Shown here: positions 45,129 to 54,011 of the stretch, piece by piece
Layout: each line of letters opens with the position of its first letter
How positions within the stretch are numbered: position 1 is the first letter of the stretch
From: Candidatus Falkowbacteria bacterium
Lineage (GTDB): Bacteria > Patescibacteriota > Patescibacteriia > Patescibacteriales > UBA12465
Assembly (NCBI GenBank): GCA_037134915.1
Contig: JBAXLJ010000002.1
Location: 192,935 to 256,934, forward strand
Length of the DNA: 64,000 nucleotides
Reading direction: 5' to 3'
Translations under genes and position numbers: made by a program
Notes under the pieces: generated by a model
What the model saw: only the letters and a program-made list of their open reading frames with translations
Databases searched by the model: none
What the model was told of the DNA's origin: nothing

Positions 45129-46211
45129 ATGTCTTCTAAAAATAATAATGAATTATCACCAAAACTATTATACGCCACTAAATTAGCTGTAGTAGTTTTG
45201 GTGTTGTCGAGCACTGGTTTATTCATTTATTTTTTTCAACCTAGTTGGTTTAAATTTAATCTTAAAAAATCTGAAACTTCCCAGCCCGTTTCGGTTACAG
45301 CCACTTCTTCAGCGCCGCTTACTTGTACGGATTGCGTGCGCCGCTTGTTAGACGGTGAAATGGTGGCACCTGAACTAGCCAAATTAAGACCTTACGCCGT
45401 GATGATTGATAATTTTCCCGCTGCTCGCCCCGAATCAGGCCTAAGTGCCGCTTCCTTGGTTTATGAAGCTCCAGTTGAAGGTGGTATTACTCGCTATTTA
45501 GCTTTTTTTACTCCAGACAAAGCACCTTCAGAGATTGGACCAATTCGAAGTGCGCGGTCTTATTTTTTAAACTGGGCTAAAGAGGCGAGCGCCACTTACG
45601 TTCATGTGGGTGGTAGCGCCCAAGCCTTAGACTTAGCTAAAAATTTAGGAACTAGTAACTTGGATGAATTTTTTAAAGGGTCATATTTTTGGCGTAGTGA
45701 CTCTCGGATGACCCCTCACAATGTTTTAAGTTCAGCTGATAATCTAAATAAATATCGAATTAGCAGTGGCGAATCGGGTCCAGACCTTATTCCTTGGCAA
45801 TTTAAAGATGCTCTGGCCTCTGGCACACCGATAATTTCTCAAATTAAAATTAAATATCCCACGGGTTACGCCATTTATTGGCAGTATCAAGAAAATACTA
45901 ACGACTATGTTCGTTATCAAGACAACGCCCTTTACTTAGATGCTAATTCTCAAAAGGTGATTGCTAAAAATATTATTGTTCACTTAGCTTCATTTAAAGT
46001 GGTTGATGATAAACTACGTTTAGAAATGGCCAATGATTTATCGGGGCAGGCTTTACTGTGCCAAGATGGCAATTGTAAACTTGGAGTTTGGAAAAAAAAT
46101 AGCTCGACGAGTCGAGCTAAATACTATGATAAAAAGGGGCTAGAGTTTACTTTTAATGCCGGCAATACTTGGATTGAGGTGATTGATAATTTAAATATTT
46201 TAGAATATTAA
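45129..46211 (+). CDS. DUF3048 domain protein (YerB-like)
   Basis: N-terminal TM. RPYAVMIDNFPAARPESGLSAASLVYEAPVEGGITRYLAFF is the DUF3048 signature as I recall it. Confidence 0.75.
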   Translation: MSSKNNNELSPKLLYATKLAVVVLVLSSTGLFIYFFQPSWFKFNLKKSETSQPVSVTATSSAPLTCTDCVRRLLDGEMVAPELAKLRPYAVMIDNFPAARPESGLSAASLVYEAPVEGGITRYLAFFTPDKAPSEIGPIRSARSYFLNWAKEASATYVHVGGSAQALDLAKNLGTSNLDEFFKGSYFWRSDSRMTPHNVLSSADNLNKYRISSGESGPDLIPWQFKDALASGTPIISQIKIKYPTGYAIYWQYQENTNDYVRYQDNALYLDANSQKVIAKNIIVHLASFKVVDDKLRLEMANDLSGQALLCQDGNCKLGVWKKNSSTSRAKYYDKKGLEFTFNAGNTWIEVIDNLNILEY

Positions 46212-47095
46212 ATACTTAAAATAAAAAATCTGATTTGTCCGCTATAGTCAGATTTGAAATAAGTTTCACTTTCGGGAAAACTGGTTTGAGCCAGTTTTTC
46301 TATTTTTAGAGCTTGATCAGGATTAATTTCACAAACCAAAAATAGCTTGGTCAATTTAGCTTGTTTAATTTGTAAGAACAAACGCTGATAATGCCACAAG
46401 CCATCAGCGTCTGAGAGCAGGGCAGCTCTTGGTTCTCTTATAATACTTGGTTCTTCAAGCTCACTTGGTTTTAGGTAAGGAAGGTTGGCAGCGATAATGA
46501 CTTCGTTATTTATTTCATTTTTTAAAATCGGTAAATAAGGTCTTAGTAAATCACCTTTTAAGAAGTTTATTTTAGCTTGATGATTTTGGGTGTTAACTCT
46601 AGCAATTTTTAGAGCTTTAGCGGATTTATCAGAAGCATAAAAAAGATGCTGGCTGTTTTTTAAATTTTTAAACAAGGCGTTAATAATTGCTCCAGATCCC
46701 GTACCGATGTCCATTATCAAAGCCCGGGGACTAGCTTTGGCGCGCTGGGTGATTATATCAACCAGGATTTCAGTTTCCGGGCGGGGAACTAAAACGTTTT
46801 GGTCAACTTTAAATTCTAGGCCATAGAATTCTTTAACACCAAGTAAAACGGCACTAGACCAACCAGATAGCCGAGATTTAACTAACTTATTAAATTGTCT
46901 GACTTCTAAATTGCTGATTAAATATTCAGGGTGAGCAATTACAAAAAGACGATCCTGCTTAAGAACGTGGGCTAATAGCAACTGGGCCTCTAATTCCGGA
47001 GAGGTAAATTTTTGTTGCTTAAAAAGATAAACAGCCTCTTTTAAGAGGCCGGTTAACTTATTTTCCTTGATTTTTTTGTTCTTCTTTGGCAGCAT
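46208..47095 (-). CDS. prmC: Release-factor glutamine N5-methyltransferase
   Basis: LVPRPETE, motif I IMDIGTGSGAI and the catalytic tetrapeptide position reading NLPY. Adjacent to and overlapping prfA. Confidence 0.85.
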   Translation of the reverse strand: MLPKKNKKIKENKLTGLLKEAVYLFKQQKFTSPELEAQLLLAHVLKQDRLFVIAHPEYLISNLEVRQFNKLVKSRLSGWSSAVLLGVKEFYGLEFKVDQNVLVPRPETEILVDIITQRAKASPRALIMDIGTGSGAIINALFKNLKNSQHLFYASDKSAKALKIARVNTQNHQAKINFLKGDLLRPYLPILKNEINNEVIIAANLPYLKPSELEEPSIIREPRAALLSDADGLWHYQRLFLQIKQAKLTKLFLVCEINPDQALKIEKLAQTSFPESETYFKSDYSGQIRFFILSI

Positions 47096-48116
47096 TTTTA
47101 AGGGCAGTAATTATTTGATCTAAATTTCCTTCCATAATCAGATTGATACTGTGCCATGATTGGTTGATACGATGATCTGTAATCCGATCTTGTGGGAAGT
47201 TATAGGTTCTAATCTTTTCACTGCGATCACCGACACCAATTTGAGTCTTACGAGCACTTGATTCTTGAGCGATTCTTTCTTCTTCTTGTTTGGCTAGTAG
47301 ACGGGAACGTAAAACTTGTAAAGCTTTTTCTTTATTTTGATGTTGTGATTTTTGATCTTGGCAGCTAACAGTGATGCCAGTGGGAATATGAACGATTCTA
47401 ATAGCTGAATAGGTGGTATTAACGCACTGTCCGCCTGGTCCGCTGGAACAAAAAGTATCAATACGTAAATCACTCATTTTAAGCTCGATATCAACCTCCT
47501 CAGCTTCTGGTAAAACTACCACTGTGGCGGTGGAAGTGTGGACTCGGCCTTGTTTTTCAGTTTCAGGAACACGCTGCACCCGGTGGGTTCCGGCTTCATA
47601 TTTCATTACACCAAAGGCTCCTTGGCCAATAACCGAGAAAACAACCTCTTTGTAGCCACCGATACCAATCATACTGGAATCCAAGACTTCAATTTTTAGA
47701 CCTCTTTTTTCACAAAACTTGATATACATTCTAAATAAATCACCAGCAAACAAAGCCGCTTCGTCACCGCCAGCGCCGCCTCTTATTTCGATAATGGCAT
47801 TTTTCTTGTCATTAGGATTATCAGGGTGTAGTTCTTCTTCGATTTTTTCGTATAGTTTGGCTTGATTTATTTCTAAGTCAGAGAGCTCAGCGGCGGCCAT
47901 TTCCTTTAATTCAGGGTCATTTTCAGTTTCTAGAATCTCTTTATTTTCCTTAATACTGGTGGAAATTCTTTCATAAGCATTAATTTGCGCCACGACATCG
48001 CGTAAATTGGCATGTTCTTGGGAAACTTTAACCATTTCCTTTTGATCGTTCATTAAAACCGGGTCGCTTAAGCGACTTTCAAGTTCAGAAAATTTTTGTT
48101 TGATATCTTCGTACAT
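47058..48116 (-). CDS. prfA: Peptide chain release factor 1
   Basis: RVQRVPETEKQGRVHTS (PxT anticodon-like motif) and SGPGGQCVNTT (GGQ). Confidence 0.95.
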   Translation of the reverse strand: MYEDIKQKFSELESRLSDPVLMNDQKEMVKVSQEHANLRDVVAQINAYERISTSIKENKEILETENDPELKEMAAAELSDLEINQAKLYEKIEEELHPDNPNDKKNAIIEIRGGAGGDEAALFAGDLFRMYIKFCEKRGLKIEVLDSSMIGIGGYKEVVFSVIGQGAFGVMKYEAGTHRVQRVPETEKQGRVHTSTATVVVLPEAEEVDIELKMSDLRIDTFCSSGPGGQCVNTTYSAIRIVHIPTGITVSCQDQKSQHQNKEKALQVLRSRLLAKQEEERIAQESSARKTQIGVGDRSEKIRTYNFPQDRITDHRINQSWHSINLIMEGNLDQIITALKNAAKEEQKNQGK

Positions 48117-48141
48117 AGGTTTGGTCTAAGAGGTTTAGCTC

Positions 48142-48169
48142 TTGACATTATCTAGAATTGTGTTATAAT
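48142..48169 (+). promoter_or_regulatory. Near-consensus sigma-70 promoter facing away from both flanking genes
   Basis: TTGACA (48142-48147), a 16-nt spacer, then TGtTATAAT (48161-48169). Confidence 0.6.
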
Positions 48170-48175
48170 TAGCTA

Positions 48176-48290
48176 ACTATACAAAATGTATATTAAAGCC
48201 TTATAGCCATTAAGAACTACTAAAGTTGAACGTCCCGGGAACCCCTCCTTCTGGTGCCACGTCAATCAAGTACCTTAATGGCTTTTTTAT
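48176..48290 (+). ncRNA. Candidate ~115-nt sRNA, antisense to the rpmE-prfA intergenic transcript
   Basis: Bounded by the promoter above and by the closing stem GCCATTAAG (48206-48214)/CTTAATGGC (48274-48282) plus TTTTTTATTT. Inner helix TTGAACGT/ACGTCAA. The apical region carries CCCCTCCTTCT (48242-48252). No family identified. Confidence 0.45.
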
Positions 48291-48374
48291 TTAAAAAAAT
48301 AATCAGCCATTTTCTTCTTAGATTAAAGTTAAAACTAAAATCAAAAGACTGGCTGATTATTTTTATTGATGAAG

Positions 48375-48710
48375 CTATTTTTTTCCTAGAGTAACTTGAG
48401 CAATTTTTTTAATATCTTTAGTCTTAATGACTACTTCTTTTTTAGAACGAGCTTCAGCTCGGGCCGCTGTCTTAACTTTTTTACCCTTACGGACAGCCGA
48501 AACCTTAGCCGTAGTAGCGGCTTTAGCGCTGAATTTCTCAACACGACGCGCCGTGTCGACTAATTTTTGTTTACCAGTATAGAAAGGATGGCAAGCTGAA
48601 CAAAGTTCAACTTTAATTTCTGGTTCAGTGGAGCCAGTTAAAAAAGTATTGCCGCAAACACAGCTTACTTTGCAGTCAGTATAATACTTTGGGTGGATTT
48701 CATTTTTCAT
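48375..48710 (-). CDS. rpmE: 50S ribosomal protein L31 with Lys-rich C-terminal extension
   Basis: [42 protein letters not shown], then a ~40-aa K/A-rich tail. The ATG at 48710 is preferred over the TTG at 48716. Confidence 0.9.
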   Translation of the reverse strand: MKNEIHPKYYTDCKVSCVCGNTFLTGSTEPEIKVELCSACHPFYTGKQKLVDTARRVEKFSAKAATTAKVSAVRKGKKVKTAARAEARSKKEVVIKTKDIKKIAQVTLGKK

Positions 48711-48782
48711 ACTCAATTTTTATCGTTATTTATTTATATTTATGCCCTAATGCTATCATAACTTCAAAAATTAATCAAGAGC

Positions 48783-48791
48783 TGTTATAAT
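48783..48791 (+). promoter_or_regulatory. Extended -10 element TGTTATAAT (leaderless geometry)
   Basis: The -10 ends 7 nt before the ATG at 48799. Confidence 0.5.
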
Positions 48792-48798
48792 TAAGACC

Positions 48799-50229
48799 AT
48801 GACTAAAATACACAATATCGCCAGAAATACATCTTATCTAACTTTGGCTTTGATTCTCCAAAAAATCATTTCCTTTACTTACTTCATCATTTTAACCAGG
48901 GCCCTGGGGATTGAAATGATGGGACAATATTACGCCGCCCTATCATTTACCACTATTTTCGCTATTTTTATCGATTTAGGCTTTGCCAACACGCTCACTC
49001 GAGAAGTGGCCAAGCATCAAGACCAAGCTGAGGCCTGGTTAGGCAACGTGATTTCTCTTAAAATTCCATTAGCGGCTTTAACTTTATTTTTAGCTTTAGG
49101 AACAGCAATTATTTTTGGCTATTCTAGCTTAAGTTTTGAGTTGATTATGATTTCTTCGGTTTGCATGATTCTTGATTCATTTACGACCACCTTTTTCTCA
49201 GCTGTGCGCGGTTTTCATAATCTAAAGTTTGAAAGCATCTCTTCGGTTATTTATCAATTAATTGTTTTAGTTCTGGGATATCTGGCTCTATATTATGGTT
49301 TAGGAGTAAGAACGGCTATGGCGGTACTGGCCATCGCTAGTGTCTATAACTTTATTTATAGTTTTATCGTCGTTCGTTATAAATTAAATCTGAAATGGAA
49401 ATTACTTTATCAAAAAGAATTTATTCGAAATATTTTTGTAATCAGTTGGCCCTTCGCTCTATTTGCGATTTTTCAAAGACTTTATCTTTATTTAGATTCC
49501 GTAATGATCGGCGCCCTGGCTAATTATCATCAGGTTGGTGTTTACCAGATTGCCTTTAAAATAATTTTTGCTTTACAATTTTTACCAATGGCTTTTACCG
49601 CCTCACTTTATCCGGCGATGAGTTCTTATTGGTTAAATAATCGGCCGCAATTAGTAGCCTCCTTTGAAAGGGCGATTAATTATTTAATAATTATTTCTTT
49701 GCCTATTATTGGTGGCGTTATTGCTTTAGATGATAAGATTGTAGATTTGTTTAAAGCTGGAAATGAAGCTCTGTGGCCGCTGAGAATTTCGATTTTGGCA
49801 CTATTTTTTATCTTTGTAAATTTTCCTATTGGTTCACTGCTTAATGCTTGTGATAGACAGCGTCGGAATTTATCATTTATGGTCGCCGTAACTATTATCA
49901 GTGTTTCCGCTAATTTTTTATTGATTCCTAAATACGGCGCAATTGGCGCTAGTTTAACCGTGCTAGTGACTAACGCTATTATGTTTATTTTAGGGATTAT
50001 TGAAGCTAGAAGCATAATCTCTTATAACCCCCGTAAAAATTTAGTGACCCTGGGTAAATCTTTGTGGGCGGCGGCCGTCATGGGCACGATTGTTTATTAC
50101 GGCAAAAATTATCTGCCAATTATTGTAGCCACCACTCTCGGCGGCTTGCTTTACTTTATTTTTCTTTATTTAGTGGGTGGCTTTAAAAAGCAAGATATTA
50201 TTAGTGTTTATTCATCTTTTAAGAGATAG
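48799..50229 (+). CDS. Oligosaccharide flippase, Wzx/MOP superfamily
   Basis: 476 aa with ~14 TM segments. N-terminal pattern ..NTSYLTLALILQKIISFTYFIILTRALG..G.Y. Confidence 0.85.
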   Translation: MTKIHNIARNTSYLTLALILQKIISFTYFIILTRALGIEMMGQYYAALSFTTIFAIFIDLGFANTLTREVAKHQDQAEAWLGNVISLKIPLAALTLFLALGTAIIFGYSSLSFELIMISSVCMILDSFTTTFFSAVRGFHNLKFESISSVIYQLIVLVLGYLALYYGLGVRTAMAVLAIASVYNFIYSFIVVRYKLNLKWKLLYQKEFIRNIFVISWPFALFAIFQRLYLYLDSVMIGALANYHQVGVYQIAFKIIFALQFLPMAFTASLYPAMSSYWLNNRPQLVASFERAINYLIIISLPIIGGVIALDDKIVDLFKAGNEALWPLRISILALFFIFVNFPIGSLLNACDRQRRNLSFMVAVTIISVSANFLLIPKYGAIGASLTVLVTNAIMFILGIIEARSIISYNPRKNLVTLGKSLWAAAVMGTIVYYGKNYLPIIVATTLGGLLYFIFLYLVGGFKKQDIISVYSSFKR

Positions 50230-50232
50230 ATT

Positions 50233-51282
50233 ATGAAAAGCATTCTCCTAACTTTAGAATACCCGCCATTTAAAGGCGGAGTAGCTAACTATTATGGACA
50301 TTTAGTTCATAACTGGCCGGATAAAGAGGGAATCGAAGTCCTGCAGCATACTAAGGGGCATTGGCTTTTAGCCTTCTGGGGTTTACGTCGAGCCCTGCTT
50401 AAAAACTCACAAGCCTTTGTTTTAGTTGGTCAGGTTTTGCCACTAGGCACAGTGGCTTACCTACAATATTTAATCAGACCTTACGAATATGGGGTTTTTT
50501 TACATGGCATGGATTTTACTTTTGCCCTGAAAAAATCTAGAAAAAGCTGGTTGATGGGCAAAATCCTTAAGCGGGCCAAAAAGATTATTTGTGCTAATTC
50601 CTATGTGGCTAACCTAGTTAGAGAGTGGCGGCCAGAACTTGCCCACAAGATTATTATCATTAATCCGGGGGTTGATATTGCTTCTTTTAACCGCCTAGAG
50701 AATACCACTTTGTTATTACAAGAAAAATATCAAACTAAAAATAAAATTACTTTACTTAGTTTAGGCCGTTTAGTTAAACGTAAAGGAGTGGACTCGGTTA
50801 TTAAGGCCCTGGCTACTCTAGATGAGAGCACTAAGAATAAAATTTGTTATATTGTAGCTGGAACTGGAGAAGCCGATTATTATTTAAAAAGTTTAGCGGT
50901 TACAGAGAAGGTTCCGGTAATTTTTACCGGTGAAGTCAGTGAGCTCGAGAAATGGTCGTTTTTAGATTTATGTGATATATTCGTAATGCCGGCGCGAGCG
51001 GTTAATGGTGATTTTGAGGGCTTTGGGATAGTTTATTTAGAGGCCAATCTTTACGGAAAACCAGTCATTGCTGGACGCTCCGGTGGTGTCAGTGACGCCG
51101 TAATTGACCGAAAAACTGGTCTTTTAGTTAATCCTGAAAGTATCAGTGAAATTGCCGCCGCCATAAAATATTTAGTTGATAACTCCGCCGATAGATTAGC
51201 GTTCGGACAATTCGGACGAGAGCGAGTTATTTCCGATTTTCCGTGGGCCAGTCAAATTAAAAAATTATATAATAATTTATGA
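50233..51282 (+). CDS. Glycosyltransferase family 4
   Basis: EGFGIVYLEANLYGKPVIAGRSGGVSDAV. Ends at a TGA overlapping the next ATG. Confidence 0.85.
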   Translation: MKSILLTLEYPPFKGGVANYYGHLVHNWPDKEGIEVLQHTKGHWLLAFWGLRRALLKNSQAFVLVGQVLPLGTVAYLQYLIRPYEYGVFLHGMDFTFALKKSRKSWLMGKILKRAKKIICANSYVANLVREWRPELAHKIIIINPGVDIASFNRLENTTLLLQEKYQTKNKITLLSLGRLVKRKGVDSVIKALATLDESTKNKICYIVAGTGEADYYLKSLAVTEKVPVIFTGEVSELEKWSFLDLCDIFVMPARAVNGDFEGFGIVYLEANLYGKPVIAGRSGGVSDAVIDRKTGLLVNPESISEIAAAIKYLVDNSADRLAFGQFGRERVISDFPWASQIKKLYNNL

Positions 51283-51977
51283 TTTCTGTTATTATTCCTG
51301 TTTATAACCAAGCGGAAAAACTCAAACAAACCCTTATTAGTCTTAACGATCAAACTTACCGTGATTTTGAAATAATTATTGTTAACGATGGCTCGAGTGA
51401 TAATCCCGAAAAAACTTTTACCGATTTTTTAATCAATAATAAAACCGAACTCAACTTATATTTTTTTAACCAAAAAAATCTCGGAGCTCCAGCTGCTCGT
51501 AATCACGGGGCCAGGGAAGCTAAAGGTGATTATTTTTTCTTCTGCGATGCTGACGCCATGTTAAAACCTCAGGCTTTAGAAACACTGCTTAAAACTTTAG
51601 ATAATAATCCTCAGGCCAGTTACGCTTACCCCTCTTTTGTTTGGGGAAAAAAATTATTCAAAGGGCGCCCCTTTGACCCTCAGGAATTAAGAAAAAAACC
51701 TTATATTCACACTATGGCCTTAATTCGCCGCGGTGATTTTCCAGAAAATGGTTGGGATGAAAAGATAAAGAAATTTCAAGATTGGGATTTATGGCTGACT
51801 ATGCTAAGTAATAATAAAATCGGTATCTTTGTCGATGCGGTTTTGTTTACAGTCACTCCCGGCGGCACCATTTCTTCTTGGTTGCCTTCATTTGCTTATA
51901 AATTATTACCATTTTTACCTTTAGTTAAAAAATATAAAAAAGCGATGGCCGTTATCTACGCTAAACATCAATTATAA
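51279..51977 (+). CDS. Glycosyltransferase family 2
   Basis: ISVIIPVYNQAEKLKQTLISLNDQTYRDFEIIIVNDGSSD and the DxD motif (FCDADA). Confidence 0.9.
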   Translation: MISVIIPVYNQAEKLKQTLISLNDQTYRDFEIIIVNDGSSDNPEKTFTDFLINNKTELNLYFFNQKNLGAPAARNHGAREAKGDYFFFCDADAMLKPQALETLLKTLDNNPQASYAYPSFVWGKKLFKGRPFDPQELRKKPYIHTMALIRRGDFPENGWDEKIKKFQDWDLWLTMLSNNKIGIFVDAVLFTVTPGGTISSWLPSFAYKLLPFLPLVKKYKKAMAVIYAKHQL

Positions 51978-53443
51978 TGTCACTTATTACCAAAAAAACC
52001 GTATTTATATTGGGTGTAATTACTATTTTAGAACTCATCTCTTTGGCTGCTTATTTTTTTCCGACTCTAAAAATAATTAGCACCATTGTTATTTTTGCCA
52101 TCATTTTAATTCTAACACTTAAAAACTTAGAAAATGGCCTACTGATTATCTTTGCGGAATTAATTATCGGTTCCAAAGGTCATTTATTTGAATTAGGGCC
52201 AGTTTCGCTCCGAATGCTTATTTTTGCGGCCATTCTCCTGGCTTATTTAATTTCTCTCTTCAAGAAGGAGGAACGGCTTAAGATTTGGACTTTTTTAAAG
52301 GAGTCTCAATGTGGAAAATATTTTGGGGCGCTTGCCATCTTCGTTATACTAGCACTTGCCACCGCTCTAATTTATGGTAATAGTTTAAATAATATCTTGG
52401 CCGATTTTAATGCCTGGTTATTTTTCTTACTTTTATTTCCCATCTTATCGGTTTATTTTAAAGCCTCAGCCGCCACTTATCAAAGACTGATACCGGTAGT
52501 TATTGCGGCTTTTCTTTGGTTGGGTCTTGAAACCTTAAGCATTCTCTATATCTTTACTCACAATATTGCCATCTCCTCGGATTTATATTTTTGGCTTAGA
52601 AAAACTGGGGAAGCGGAGATTACTTCAACTTTAGGAGCGTGGCCGCGAATTTTTTTGCAATCACAAATTTACGCCGCGATTGCTCTGGTAATAATGCCTT
52701 TTAGTTTGAAGTTGAAAAAAATCAGCACCTGGGCGCTGATGACACTAGCTTGGAGCGTTTTAATTTTATCGATGTCACGTAGTTTTTGGTTAGCCACAGC
52801 GGCCGTTTTAGTCATCGGTTTACTTTGGCAAATTATTTTTTGCCCCTGGCGCAAAATATGGTCGGAAATTATCCTAATCAGTGCCACGGCCATAGGTTCA
52901 GTTATTTTGATTTTAATCATTGTTTTATTTCCAATTCCTAAACCAGGAACATTTTCGACCGATTCCTTTATTAGTCGTCTGAGTTTAAATTCTAATGAAG
53001 CCGCCGTGGCCTCTCGTTGGTCGCTGCTACCAGTTATGTGGCAAGAAATTAAGCGAGCCCCGCTACTTGGTTTTGGTTACGGTAAAACGATTACTTATAA
53101 AAGCAGTGACCCGAGAATCTTACAAAACAACCCTGATGGAACATATTCAACCTATGCTTTTGAGTGGGGCTATTTATCTCTCTGGTTAAAATTTGGTCTT
53201 TTTGGGCTACTGACTTATCTAACCTTATTCTTGATGGCTATTTATAAGGGCTTGTTAAAATGGAGACAAGGCGATAATTTAGCCGGAGTTTTAGCTTTAG
53301 GGTTATTAGTTTTAATAGCCGTTAATTTTTTCACCCCCTATCTGGATCATCCTCTAGGAATCGGCTATTTATTATTAGCTGTTAGCTTGATTTCTTTGGC
53401 AAAAATACAAAAAAATACCACCTTGCCAAAAACTTGCAAATGA
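51977..53443 (+). CDS. O-antigen ligase/polymerase-like (Wzy_C) membrane protein
   Basis: Polytopic. The external loop followed by RAPLLGFGYG is typical of Wzy_C. Last gene of the flippase/GT cluster. Confidence 0.75.
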   Translation: MSLITKKTVFILGVITILELISLAAYFFPTLKIISTIVIFAIILILTLKNLENGLLIIFAELIIGSKGHLFELGPVSLRMLIFAAILLAYLISLFKKEERLKIWTFLKESQCGKYFGALAIFVILALATALIYGNSLNNILADFNAWLFFLLLFPILSVYFKASAATYQRLIPVVIAAFLWLGLETLSILYIFTHNIAISSDLYFWLRKTGEAEITSTLGAWPRIFLQSQIYAAIALVIMPFSLKLKKISTWALMTLAWSVLILSMSRSFWLATAAVLVIGLLWQIIFCPWRKIWSEIILISATAIGSVILILIIVLFPIPKPGTFSTDSFISRLSLNSNEAAVASRWSLLPVMWQEIKRAPLLGFGYGKTITYKSSDPRILQNNPDGTYSTYAFEWGYLSLWLKFGLFGLLTYLTLFLMAIYKGLLKWRQGDNLAGVLALGLLVLIAVNFFTPYLDHPLGIGYLLLAVSLISLAKIQKNTTLPKTCK

Positions 53444-53533
53444 AGTATATTAAATTGCATAAAATCATATTTATTCGCTTATTAAATAGGAAAATTAATT
53501 AAGATTTACTATTTGGTATTTAAACTATTTTGT

Positions 53534-53992
53534 ATGCCAGAACAAATCATCACCCAAGACGGGTACAACAAATTAAAAGAGGAACACGATTTTCTCTCAA
53601 CGGTTAGACGTAAGGAAATCGCAGAACGAATTGAGCGCGCTAAGGAGTTGGGCGACTTATCAGAAAACGCCGAATATAGCGAAGCCAAAGATGCTCAAGC
53701 CTTAAACGAAGGGCGCATTATTGAACTTTCAGCCATTTTAAAAAATGTCACTATTGTTGATAAAATTTCTGACAGTGATCACATTGTAATGGGATCAACA
53801 GTCACCGCCAAAGTTGACGGCAAAGAAAAAGAGTATACTATTGTCAGCTTTAATGAAGCTGATCCTCTAAATGGCTTAATTTCTAACGAATCACCTTTAG
53901 GCGTAGCTTTTATTGGCAAGAGAAAAGGCGAGAGTGTTGATGTTGAAACTCCACGAGGAGTCATGCATTATAAGATCGTTAAAGTGGTCTAA
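53534..53992 (+). CDS. greA: Transcription elongation factor GreA
   Basis: MPEQIITQDGYNKLKEEHDFL..RAKELGDLSENAEYSEAKD. The ATG at 53534 is preferred. Confidence 0.93.
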   Translation: MPEQIITQDGYNKLKEEHDFLSTVRRKEIAERIERAKELGDLSENAEYSEAKDAQALNEGRIIELSAILKNVTIVDKISDSDHIVMGSTVTAKVDGKEKEYTIVSFNEADPLNGLISNESPLGVAFIGKRKGESVDVETPRGVMHYKIVKVV

Positions 53993-54011
53993 TTATAACT
54001 TAAGAAAAAAT

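Noticed and set aside
48176-48290. SRP (4.5S) RNA or an rpmE/prfA ribosomal leader as the identity of the rpmE-prfA intergenic element.
   Set aside because: Neither strand shows the domain IV pattern (GGAA tetraloop flanked by the AGCA/GNAR loops). The promoter and U-tract orientation argue for an independent plus-strand transcript. Its identity remains unknown.
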